Part shown: positions 47,740 to 60,900 of the stretch, one piece after another
Position numbering within the stretch: the first letter of the stretch is position 1
Layout: every line of letters starts with the position of its first letter
From: the human T2T-CHM13v2.0 reference genome, Homo sapiens
Length of the DNA stretch: 64,000 nucleotides
Strand: one strand, 5' to 3'
Assembly: GCF_009914755.1 (NCBI RefSeq)
Contig: NC_060936.1
Position numbers and translations under genes: made by a program
Notes under the pieces: model-generated
Told to the model about the DNA's origin: nothing
Seen by the model: the letters and a program-made list of their open reading frames with translations, nothing else
The model's database searches: none

Positions 47740-48149
47740 ATTCACTATTTCACAACTATTCAATATATATGCAGATATAATCACTATTTCACACATATGT
47801 AATTATATATATAACTGTATAGTCATAGAATCAACTCACATCTTTACATATTATATGTATCCCTGGCTTTTCTCAAAAATTAATGAGAGTAAATGAGATC
47901 AAGGTGAGCATCCTCAGGACCTAAAGAGGCAGTTATAAATGGGACATTCAATGCAAGCTTCTTGGCCAAGCCCAGAATCTTAGGGCTAACTCAAAAGCCA
48001 GAAGTTTCAGGGAAGTTCTGTGTTCATGAGACTGCTAACACACGACTGACTCTGCTACTGTAAGAGTGTTGCAAAGATTCAACTGCCAGTCAGAGGTCGT
48101 AAGCCCAGGACAATCTCACAGACAGAAATCAGCTAGTGATAATAAAAGA

Positions 48150-48930
48150 TTTTCAGGAGGAGTAAGAGCTAATTTGACTAGTAGGAAGAGAAAATCTTTT
48201 CAGACAAAGGAGATAGCCTGTGCAAAGGCCATGTGATGTGACAGAGCATGGTGGGGAAGAGACATTGAAAGAAGGCTAGTGTTGCTGAAAAGCACAAAGT
48301 GACACAGCATGAGATAAATGTAGATAATGGGGCAGTTGCCAGACCATGCTGGACTGGAGGCTAAACTAAGAAGGATTGGGTTGATTGTATGAGTACTTCT
48401 AAGTGTTAAGCAGACATTGACGTGATCCGATTTCAAAATATCACACTAGCTTCGGTATGACAAAAGCTCTGGGATGAGACAGAGTTGATACTCACCAGTT
48501 AGGAGACTGTAACAGTAGTTAAAGACAATGGTGGTAAAAGGAAAGGAAGGTGGTACATAGGCAGTGGAAATTATTAAGGGTTTTAAGCAGAAGAAGGTAA
48601 AGTTTTCATTGGACAAAGATGTGTGATAAATTGAAGTTGGCAATCCCAAAGTAAAACCAGTTCAAAGACTATGGTAAGAGTACCCCAAAATTTATGAAGG
48701 TCTGGAAAGGAGAGGCTGGTTGCTCCATTTCTCCTCTCAAATTATGAGAGGCTGGAAAGGAGAGGGTAGGTTTAATCAGTGTTTGGAAATTAGAATCTTT
48801 TTTTAAATCAAGTTTTTGGTGGCTCCTAGGATTCAGCAACATCAATAAAGGAAAGACATAGAGAAGCAGAAAGGGATTCAAAGAATGGGTATGAGGTACA
48901 AAACTGGCAACATGACTTAGTTGATACATT
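48150..48930 (-). mobile_element. L2 remnant
   Basis: Purine-rich 'agcctgtgcaaaggcc...ccagttaggagactgtaacagtag', typical of antisense L2. Confidence 0.6.
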
Positions 48931-49902
48931 TAATGGACTTTACAACTCAGCAGCCTAATGTTTGTCTTCCCTCAATCCTTCCACCTTCTTGCTAATAAAA
49001 GTTCAGAGTGGTACTGTTTCTCAACACAACACTATAAGCCAAAATAATACAATGCAAGTCTAATTTCCCAAATATTTTCATAAAGAAGGATTGTGTTCTG
49101 ATCAAGAGGTTCAGTGTTTAAAAGCCAGAATTCAGTCAACTATAACTATGTCTGACTGCACTATGTGAATAAAAACCATCTTGTCAAGACACATTGCCAG
49201 AGTCTGCAAACCAGACTGAATTGAGAGTAACACTGGTCATCACAGGGCTTAACCATCTGAGACCTTAAGCTTGAGAATCAAATCTTATGAACTGAAACAC
49301 ACTGGGAGTCAATAGGTCAATGTAGTGTTGCACTATTTGCTGTAATGGCACTAAGCAATCACACGGATGGATTGGCAGAGCAACATACGTATGAATCACT
49401 ATTGTAGAATCATCCTGAGTGTGTTTTTAGTTTGAACTCTTTAAGAATGAGCTAGAAGAGACACCAGGCAATGCCCCTAAAGGAGATGCTGTGATTTCCG
49501 AGTAGATAATGCCAAGTTGAGTGTCTCTTTATCTTCATCACAGAGAGCTAGATGGCAGTGCAGCTTGGGAAACTTCCAGGAGCACAGCTCACCCTCGAGG
49601 TTGAAGAGATCAGTGTGCCATAAGACAAAGAACGCAGACTTTGAAGCTAAACCATATAAACCTGATTTTGCACCTAATGCATTTCCTGGTTTCATGATCT
49701 TGAGAGAGAGTGCTGAACCACATTGTCACTTGCAAAATAATAATAATCGCTGATGGATAACATGATATGAGGATTAAATAAGCAATATTCAAAAAGCACA
49801 TGGAAAAGTGATAAGAAAATAGTATGGTGCTCATAAGTGTGTGCTTTTTTCCTTCATCTTTTTATAAATGGTTTGAGATTTTAGTGTACACAAAAATCCC
49901 CT

Positions 49903-50203
49903 GGGACTGGCCGTGGTAACTCACACCTGTAATTTCAGCACTTTGGGAGGCCAAGGCTGGAGAACTGCTTGAGGCCAGGACTTTGAGACCAGCCTGGGCA
50001 AAATAGCAAAACCTCGTCTCTACAAAAATCTTAAAAATTAGCTGGGTGTAGTGCATGCACTTGTAGTTCCAGCTACTCGGGAGGCTGAGGCAGGACGATC
50101 GCTAAAGCCCAGAAGCTCAAGTCTACAGTGAGCCATGATCCAGCCTGATGACAGAACGAGACCCTGCCACAAAACAAAGCAAAACAAACAAACCAAAACA
50201 AAA
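49903..50203 (+). mobile_element. AluJ
   Basis: Diverged Alu dimer with an internal deletion in the right arm and an (AAAAC)-like tail. Confidence 0.88.
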
Positions 50204-50601
50204 TCACATAGGGTGCATGTAATAATGCAGGTTCCTAGGCTCCACTTCTCAGTAATAAGTTATAGGTCTAGAGCACTACTCAAAAATATACATCCCAAAG
50301 CACCCCCAGTGACTGATGCAGTTCATACATAAACTATGTGTTGAGTCTCTTATAGGAAAACTGAGGCAATTATTTTAGAACACAAAGGAGGCACTTCTGG
50401 AACCACTACAAAAAAAAAAAAGCATTCAAGTTTGGTTCAAAACACACTATTAAAAAAAGGACTAAAAGGACTAAATGTTTCCAGAACGGTCCAGAACCTC
50501 AACAGGGAAGGAAAGTTCAACAGGAAAGTTCATTATCTAGGGCCAGGTATAGAATTTTCCTCAGAGAGCTAAATGTCACTGACATTGGAGACTATGTTCT
50601 A

Positions 50602-50609
50602 TGACGTCA
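50602..50609. promoter_or_regulatory. Full CRE palindrome TGACGTCA
   Basis: Exact motif, retaining its CpG in a CpG-poor window. Confidence 0.35.
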
Positions 50610-50972
50610 CCTCAGGTTTAAGACAAAATCATAGGTGATTGTCCTATGACCAAAATTTTTTTATTAAAAAAAGATTATCTCTCCTTTAAATGCAATGAAT
50701 GAACTTTCAGAAAAGTAAATAAAATATTTGAGAATGAGGATATATTTTTTCTGTCCAAATTAATCATTTCCTAGTTTTTTTAACCCTGATTTGCTACCTC
50801 ATAGTTTCTAAAGTATGAAGTCAGTTTTTCTCATTCCCTCCTCACTTAACATTTTCTTTGTTCAATTCTGTACAAAGAGCTCTTATTAAGAATGATGAGT
50901 CAATCCTTTCTGTACAAGATAAGGCATTTTATACAATGTTCAAACCCAGCAGCAAGTACAATGACATCCTAC

Positions 50973-51192
50973 CTGAATTCTAAAAACTGTTCATCTCGCT
51001 AAACGAGCTCCATTCATTTATCTCAGCAGCCAACTTCCCACTGCAGCAGTGGTTAGTAAGTGAACCGACTATTCTCATTCCCAGGCATTTTTTCCATTCA
51101 TCTTGCTCTTCAAAATGTGTGAATACATTAAATCGCTCAGTGTTGAGTGGTGGTAAATCACAGCTCTGCACGCCCGACTTCCACTGAAGCCG
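50973..51192 (-). ncRNA. Candidate non-coding exon (first or internal) of a minus-strand transcript
   Basis: Strong donor TTCAG|GTAGGA at 50973/50972; possible acceptor ttttcttgtcag at 51193; local CpG retention; no frame stays open through the donor from an ATG. Confidence 0.5.
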
Positions 51193-53585
51193 CTGACAAG
51201 AAAACCTCATAAGAGGAGATCACTTGATATAATAATCTTGTTCCAGATATGAGGTGGGGGGAGCCAGAGGCCATAAACGGGAGAAAAGGAGGAAAGGAAG
51301 AAGATGTGGCCATGCAGCACGAATCAAAAATGAACCAAAAAGAAAAAAAAGAAAAACTTTAAGCCCCTTCCTTTAAAATAGCTTTGGCATATAAAAGAAT
51401 GAGAAAACATTTCCTCCAAAGTCGCAGTCCTTTGGGGGCAAAACTAAACTGGGCTTTGTAAATAAGAATTTAGGACTTAGAAGATAAGTAGTTTGAAAAC
51501 TACTAATCATCACTTTCAAATCTGAGTAAACTTTCAAAGGGTTAAAAAAAAAAAACTCCAAACATTTCTCTATATTTAGGTCTTTTTAGGGCCTCAGATA
51601 GAAATCAAGGGACTAGTAATCAGTACTTTAAAGATTAAGTTCTAAGTGCCCCCAGACAATCAGAAAATGAAACTTTCTTCTCTGCGAAGCTTTATGATGT
51701 GACCTGAGTGCAATCAGCAAAGAACACAAAAGAATCATGACTGATTCTAAGTCATGACCAAATTTCAGAGGTACAGGGGGAAAGTAGGACCACAGAAAAG
51801 AGGAGACAGAAAACCATCAATCTATACATCTCAAAGCTTTTAATACACAATCTATTTCATCATATCTACAGTCTTTGTGGCTGCAAAATGTTGCCTCAAG
51901 CTTAAAATGACAAATAAGGAATGGTTTCTTTTTTTGCTTTCCAAATTTTATTTTTAATTGACAAATGATATTTATATATTAATATATTTACAGAGTATAA
52001 TGTAGTATACTGCATTATCTCATTTATATGTGGAATGGCTTAAGAATCAATGAAGGAATCCACTAAGGTTTCCCATAATTAGTTCTTATATAGTGCACTC
52101 TCTGCTAAAGTATATTTCTATGCATCTTTCCCCAATCATGTTTATTACTTACAATAAGGTTCACCTGTCTTCCTGCTTCCATAATAAAGTCTTTATTGTT
52201 TTTAAATTTTAGTCATTAAGAAATCCTTCTTATACAGGAGAGAAGACACGTCTGGAAAGTTTTTCACTTATTTCCCCTTGAAATATTCCTGAAATTTTTT
52301 GAATAAAATTCAATATTCATCCAACAAGAATTCATGGAGTAATAGAAACTCTGCTCCAGGCTCTCTGCTTTTATAGTTCGGAGCTGATTCCTTATGAAGA
52401 CAACCTGACACCATAGGCACATTCAGCTCTGCTCCCTAATGCTGAGGAATACTTGTCTGAAAGGTGCTTCCACCTGGAAGCTCTGGACACACCCTACGTT
52501 TTGAAAGGAATAGCTGCAGGTGGAAAGAACATGTTACATTTCATTTCTGCATATCACAGGTCTAAGTGTCTTATCTCCCACCACCATTAGGATTTTAAAG
52601 CCAATTGATGCACACTGTAAGTGTATTTCACCACCATCCCTAGGAAAATGTTTGTCCTATGTCTAAAAGTTTGAGCTTTCACAAGCCCAACTCTCGAGGT
52701 TCAGCAGCAAGCATTTTGCTATCTAGCCCATTTTGATCGTGTGTGCCAGATACGGTAACAAGGCCAAGTCGTTTTATGCCCGCCTTCCCCAGTTCCTCCT
52801 CATCCTTTTCATCCCATGTCTAATAACTGGGCTACAGTTGTCTCTAAGTCAAAGGCCCCCACATTGTCTTAACTTTTCATAACATTAAACACCAGTTTAA
52901 GCCACAAAGCTACCAACAATCTGTAACACCCAGCCTCCTTTCCTGCCCCTTCACCATAAACAAATATGTCTGTTCCATCATCATACTCCACCACCACTTA
53001 GAGTTCTGTGTCTAGAGCTCTGTTAGGGAGGCATATGGTTTCATACCTCTGGACTTTAGAATGTACTTTTATTTCTGTTTATGAGGCTAACTCCAGCACA
53101 TCCTTCAAAACTTAACTCAGGCATAGCATCTGCTGGAAGTTTTCCCAGATCCCTCCTACCCCAAGTCTTTCTCACCTCCATGCCCCAAAGATCTGCTGCG
53201 TACAGCCCTGGAGTAACTTTTCACTGTTCCTTCCCCAGTTTGTCACCCTTGAGGAGTTTGCCTCATTGATTTATGAGCATCTTGCCATTTTAGGAGCTCT
53301 TTCTATATCTGCTCCAAGGTTAGCACCTCTAATGTAGCATCTAATTCTTAAAAATCAGAGATAGAAATTATTTTTTCTCTTTGTCAAAAGGGAAAGCAAT
53401 CTCAAAAAAATTTGCTCAATGTCACACATCTCACATCTAGTAAATTGCAGACCAGAGATTACTGCTTCCATAGCTCTCAGTCTTCACCAGTTTGGAATAT
53501 TAGTTTTCTATCTTCAATCCTTTTCACCATATTTATGCCTTATTAGAGACTGAATAAATATTTGCTGACTTAAAAATAATGAATG

Positions 53586-53750
53586 CTCACAGGGCACAGT
53601 GGCACATGCCTGTAATCCCGGCTAGTCAGAGCCTGAGGTGACAGGATTCATTGAGTATCAAGAGTGTAGTATGCTATGATTGCACCAGTGACTAGACACT
53701 GCCCTCAAGCCTGGGCAACATAGCAAGACCCCCATCTCTAAAAAAGAAAA
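53586..53750 (+). mobile_element. Monomeric Alu (FRAM/FAM-like)
   Basis: Single diverged Alu arm with A tail. Confidence 0.8.
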
Positions 53751-55247
53751 TGACAAAAAAATTAGTGATTGAGTGACTGCATGGGGCCATGTCATATTAA
53801 TCTCCATAGTACTATCCTTGACAGCGCCACTCTGTTCATGACAAATTGGGTCTCTGGTTCACAGTCTCTCACTCCTTCAAACCTGCTATGATTCTGGGTT
53901 ACATTGAATACCCCATCCAATATCCTGGTGTCTCAGTTCTCCAAAGTCCTCCAATAGACCTCTCTACAGATATTCCCTATACATATCTTCATCCTCTTTC
54001 TCTGAGAACGGACTTTGGTGTGCAGGAATATCAGCCCTGGAAATCATGTTAACAGTATGTAACATTCCTTGGACAGTTGATTAGGCCCAAGCCACACCAG
54101 TCACATTCTGTCTCCCAAGATTTAGAATTGAGCTGGTCAATTGAACTGAGAAGTCTTTAAACTCCAGAGCTGTGAAGTGGCCTCTTTTGTTTCTGTGCAT
54201 GCCAAGTAGTGAAATCCAGTGTGCTGAGAAAGAAAATGAAGCAGATATATAGACACAGAAGCAGAAGAAAAAAACAGAATATCACTTGAATGATGATGGC
54301 TCTATATTTACTTTTATAGCATGATGGCTTAGTGCCAGACTGCCCTTGGGTTGGTTCCAGAACTTTATAAATAAATAAATTAATAAATATATATATATTA
54401 TATATATATATATTATGTGATATCTCCAATACATTTTCTTTGTTGTTTTGCTTGAGTTACTTGGAGAGTTTTAACTAAGATAATTCTTCATTTCCAGGTA
54501 CCTCTCTGACACTTTTTTTTAGTGGCATAATCCTTGGCAGCATCCCAAATAGCTCTACCTCCAACATCACTAAAGCCAACATTCCTTTTTTGACCTCACA
54601 CTTAAATTTTTCCAACTTAGTTTTTCAACTAATATCTCTATCTATTGTTCAGGCTCAATTAATTCTCCAGTTTATTGGCACCTCAACCTTCTCCCTATCC
54701 AAAAGCAAGCCATGTGTGTTCACTTACCCCCTCATTCATTTATAATCTTATCCTTTACACCCTCCACTTGTCAATACACTTAACTTCCTTGCCACTTTGA
54801 CCTGCTCTAGGACCATCTAAAAACCAGTCATCATCAGAAACAACCATAGCAACAATTTGGATTAATCCAGTTACCGTGCCTCTTCCACACCTGCACTTGG
54901 AAAGTTAAGCACGGGGAGAGAAATATCTCCTAGAAATTCATGGTCACTGACTTTTACTCCTGTTATATTTCTCCTATCAATTTGAAGTCTCTCACTTCAC
55001 GATAACTATCACAAACCTCTTTTCCCAAACATTGTATCATATTCCATCAACTCCCTAAGTCTTGGCATTATTTTTATATAATAATAACATTAATATTAAC
55101 CATAGTTTACATTTTATAGAGCTTCCATGTTAGGCACTTTTCCAACTGTTTTGCCTACAATGGCCCATTTACTATATGAGCTAAGTACCATCATTAATTA
55201 TATCTTACAGATAAATAAACTGAGGCACAAAAGAAGTAGCAGTGTCT

Positions 55248-55570
55248 GGCCAGACGTGGTGGCTCATGCCTGCAATCCTACCACTTTGGGAGGCCGAGAT
55301 GGGCAGATCACCTTAGGTCAGGAGTTCAAGATCAGCCTGGCCAATGTGGTAAAAACCCATCTCTACTAAAGATACAAAAAAATTAGCTGGGCGTGGTGGC
55401 AGGTGCCTGTAATCTCAGCTACTCAGGAGGCTGAGGCAGGAGAATCACTTGAGCTCATGAGCTGGAGGTTGCAGCGAGTGGAAATGTTGCCACTGCACTC
55501 CAGCCTGGGCAACAGAGTGAAACTTCGTCTCAAAAAAGAGAAAGAAAGAAAAGAAAAGAAAAGAAAAGAA

Positions 55571-55610
<40 letters not shown>

Positions 55611-55617
55611 GAAAAAG

Positions 55618-55684
<67 letters not shown>

Positions 55685-55687
55685 AAA
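55248..55687 (+). mobile_element. AluS with a ~155-bp (GAAA)n tail, inserted in a MIR
   Basis: Alu dimer; flanking direct repeat aagtagcag; MIR halves on both sides. Confidence 0.93.
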
Positions 55688-55688
55688 G
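55532..55688. repeat. Compound (GAAAA)n/(GAAA)n polypurine microsatellite
   Basis: Directly visible. Confidence 0.97.
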
Positions 55689-56725
55689 TAGCAGCAGCTA
55701 GTAAAAGGCAGAGGCAGGATTCAAATTCAGGCAGTCCAGCTCTAAAGAATCTGCTCTAATTTCATCCTGCCTCACATAAAAACATATAAACACCATTTTA
55801 TAGGAATTAACTCAATATCCCATCAACAAATCTATCTATATGCAAGGTGTTTGCCCTATCATTTCCTCCTCTCCTCCATCCCCCATATAGAACAATCTCC
55901 TTACCTATCTCTAAATTTCCATTTCTTTCTCCATCTCCGAAATCTTACTCTAGGTATTATACCATCTGTCTCCTGTGTCTAAACCCTAACATTCTAATTT
56001 GGGGGTCGGGAGTCCGATTTTTTATATTCCCAACATTTTATTATTTATTTTTGCTATTATATTTATAACAAGTAACAGATATTTCCTCACCCTGGTATCT
56101 CTTTATTGGTGTCACTTGTCACTTGCTTAAGGCTCACAAAAACATTTCTTTTCTCTCAAAAGGCATTATAATATTTTGAAGATTTGTTTTATTACTTCTG
56201 TGTCATCCATGATCCTTTCATCTCTTCATTTGTTTTGGTCTGTCTTTCATGACTAAGGTTCCTAAAGTGTTTTAGTTTCTCTTTGGCTGTGAGTTCATTC
56301 TTAAAGCACTGAAAAGCCAATGGAAATACCTTGTTTGCAGAAAGAGCTTTTCCAGTAAAGGGTGATCTGAGCTTTCGGTTTAAGGACTCCATTAGACATC
56401 AGAGTTGATTTAACTCCTAATTATGGATTGAATTGTATTTCCTGTCAACATTCATATGTGGAAGTCCTAACCCCCAGTACCACAGGATGTGCACTTATTT
56501 GGAAATAGAATTATTGCAGCTGTTACAAGTTCCTAACGGAGTAGGGTGGGCCCTTAATCCAACATGACTGGACACAGGGAGAACACCTTATGAAAAATAT
56601 GGCAGAGATCAGGGTGATGCTTCTATAAGCCAAGAATACCAAAGATTGCAGGCAGGCCACCAGAAACCAGGGGAAGGCATAGATCAGGTTCCCTCTCACC
56701 TCCCTCAGGAGGAATCAACCCTACT

Positions 56726-56728
<3 letters not shown>

Positions 56729-56774
<46 letters not shown>
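56729..56774. repeat. Uninterrupted (AT)23
   Basis: Directly visible. Confidence 0.97.
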
Positions 56775-57085
<311 letters not shown>

Positions 57086-57330
57086 TGATTTCAAATTTCT
57101 AGCCTCCACAACTGTGAGACAATGAATTTCTGTTGTTTAAGCCACTCAATTTGTGTTACTTTGTTATGGCAGCCCTAGCAAATTAATGTTCCACTTCTGA
57201 ATGCCCTCCAGGAAACTCTGTTCCTGGCTTCTCTCTTTTAGAAGCAGGGTGGAGAATACCTGCTGGGATGCCCACTCTTCAATATGGAAACCCTTAGTTC
57301 CCTTGTTTTTAGTCCTGTACTTCACCACTT

Positions 57331-57353
57331 ACACACACACACACACACACACC
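57331..57353. repeat. (AC)n microsatellite
   Basis: Directly visible. Confidence 0.9.
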
Positions 57354-57899
57354 CCTCCTGTTGTGTCAGGTGGCCTAATTTCTTCAGATTGAAAAGTCTG
57401 CTGGATGGCTGTGTGGGAGGGTGGTTCGCTTGCCTGTGCTGACTGGGGCAGTGGGTCAGCAACGCCAGGTGCTCCACACACAGATCTTCAAAATCCCTCT
57501 CCTTTTCTTCTTACACCTGCAGTTTATTTTTCATGGTACATGGTATCTCTAAAATATGAAGCTCTACCGAGCGTCTTGAGTCATTTCGGGGTACTAAAAT
57601 TACAACCATATTGGTATTTCCCTCTGCCATAACCTAGTTTGTAAATAAATTGCTTACCATTTCTCTGTCTGCTTCCAAAATTGTATTGTATTCTCATGAT
57701 TACCACTGTGAATGTATACCTTTCTTAGTCCCTTTATTCTTATTTAATCTGGTTATCTGTTAGAAGTGGAGTTAAGCATGGATGAACAATTTATCTTCCC
57801 TCAAAAAACTTTGCCAGCATTTAAATATGCTCCTAAATTTGCACCTCTTTTAATTCCACATTTCCCCTTAGCTATTGTTCTGTCAGCATCCTCCTCTTC

Positions 57900-58460
57900 A
57901 CAGATAAACTTTAAGAATTGTTTATACCGTACATCTCCATTTCACTACCAGCCTCTCAATCCTCACACCTCTCTCAGCTAGCTTCTGGCCCTATACCAGT
58001 TCCATGAGAAGTGCACAAATAATGTCTTCTAAGACTTCAGTGCCATTAAACCCTAAAGACACTCTTCAGTTGACCTCTCATCAGTATTGGCTAGATGGGC
58101 ATACTGTGACTTCTTATAATATTCTCAATCTTTGCCTCCTGTGACATTTCTTTATCCTAACTTGCCTACTATGTCCAAAGCTATGCCATTCAGCCTCCTG
58201 TGCCAACTGAGTTTCCTCTACCTGAACTTTAAATGCTGGGCTTCCCCAGGATCTCTCTGAGGCACAATTTTCTTTCAAGGCTACTTTCTTTGTGATTCAT
58301 TTCACTCCTGTGGTTCTATTCACCATCCATTCTCTCATGACTCTTAGATGTACTTCTCCAATTCAGACTAAGCCCGGGAGCTACTGACCCATGTATTCAA
58401 CTAACTCTTTAACATCTCCTTGTAGCTTTCTTATATGCATTTCAAGCTGAATATGTAAGT
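57900..58460 (+). mobile_element. L2 remnant
   Basis: Pyrimidine-rich L2-like motifs ('tgacctctcatcagtatt', 'atgactcttagatgtacttctcca'). Confidence 0.6.
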
Positions 58461-59336
58461 AACAAAATAAAAGGTAATATACCACAACCATGACATTAAA
58501 AAAAAAAAAAAACAGAAAAGCAGGAGTGCATAAAGGAAATAGCACAGGATTTGCTTGTGCTAAGATCTGGTAAGGACCAATACCTGAAGAAAATAGATAT
58601 TAGACAAGATATATGTTGAAAGACTAAGAGGTTCAGCATAGCTGTGATTATGCTAATAGAGAGGCATTTAGTGAGGGTTCTGGGCAGCAAGGAAGCCAAA
58701 TGATGGCACATCACAAGGTGGCAGAATGAAAAGCAGGACACTGGCCTGTGTCTTCACAACTTGTCCTGATGTTGGTCCTGATGATATATTTATTTATCAT
58801 GCTATCCATGTATAAAATGTTTGTATTTTTAACCCACTCATTTAGTATCATCAATCATCTCAAGCTACAGACATCTAGGAGTACAGACAGGGCCTATTTT
58901 GATATATACCCTTTATTCCACCAGCTAGAGTCCCCCAACTCACGACCGAAAGCCCCTATTCCTGTATGAAGGATGAAGATGGAATGGAAGGTCAGTAGAG
59001 ATTGAGAACTCCATGATGTCCCAGAAACTGTTTCTGTTCCTCGTAGGGATTCTTAATTTTCCTCACCAGTGAGATAGTACAAACTTTTCAGAAAAAAAGT
59101 ATGGGTACTTGGTGCCAACATTAATCTCCTACCAGTGTTATTGTGGAATAAACTATACTGATTTGTTCCAACAATCAACTTCCATTTCTTCTACAGGTAG
59201 TCTCATACTAGGGATGTATGTATTGAGCCTTTTGTTTTCTTTTCCCATAGCTGTGATCCCAAAGCGGTGAAAAATGCTTCTTCAGGACCACCAATCAGAT
59301 TATAATTTTTAGCAATTCCGTCATTCTGATAATTCT

Positions 59337-59934
<598 letters not shown>

Positions 59935-60329
59935 CAATAGTTTTAATTTCCTATGCCTCATTTTGGAATCAGTTTTTGAAACTTTTTCGCTTTATTTGGG
60001 ACGGGAATTCGGTTTCACAAGGGACCACAGGCTGTTACAGATCTCTACCTATTAGCTCTGCCTTTTTCCAAAAAACTGGTCTTTTTCCCAAGACTTCTAA
60101 CTCACCACATCCCCCTGTTCGGTCAGCAGGTTCAACTTGATTACAGAGCTTCTCTTTGGAGCTATCAGTGTACATCCTTCAGCAGATATTCAGAAACAGA
60201 ACCACTTTATGTTCCCATCTTAGAGATGATAAAACTGACACTTAGACTAGTGAAATTATTTCAGAAAATTCGTAAAGCTACTTAAATGAGGTACTCTCTA
60301 TAAAATGTTCAGCAGAGAATTATGCTTTT

Positions 60330-60900
60330 CACTTCCCCCACATCACACCTGGCCAAGCCAAGAATATCTCTCATCTAGATTCTTCCAATAGGCTCCTACT
60401 TGGTTCCCCCACAGCTCCTTCTTCTTTTTCACACACAGTTCAAATGACACTTTTAAAATATAGATTATGTCATTCCGCAGATCAAATTCTTCAATGGCTT
60501 CCATCTCATTCTGAGTAAAAACCAAAGTCCTGACAGTGTCCTCTAAAGCTCTATTTAATCTGGTCTTTATTATATCTCTCACTGTGTCTGAAACAGTTTT
60601 CCCCTCACTTGTCTCCCCCTACCATAGCGGCCTCCTTGCTGATCACAGAGTGCACCAAGTATGCAGCTACTGCAAGGCCCTTGCATTGTTCTCTGTGCCT
60701 GGACAGCCCCTCCTCCAGGCATTTGCTTCTCTCAGATCTCTGCTCCAGCATCACTTTTGTGGCTTGCTTAGCTGGCCAGTCTTAAATTGTAACCCTCCAT
60801 GGCTCCCCAAACTCCTATTTTATTTTCCTTCATAATTCTTTCACTATCTGATATACTCCATGTTTTACCCTATTTTGTTTATTGTGTGTCTTCTCATCCC
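60330..60900 (+). mobile_element. L2 3' remnant
   Basis: 'atcaaattcttcaatggcttccatctcattctgagtaaaaaccaaagtcctgac' is an L2 hallmark. Confidence 0.7.

Noticed and set aside
49477-49834. Cluster of three overlapping ORFs
   Set aside because: They overlap a decayed MIR-like segment and have no coding hallmarks.
55403-55759. 118-aa Lys/Glu/Arg-rich ORF
   Set aside because: Translation of an Alu plus its (GAAA)n tail.
56192-56392. 66-aa minus-strand ORF
   Set aside because: Lies in degenerate, probably old L1-derived sequence next to an LTR; no support for coding.
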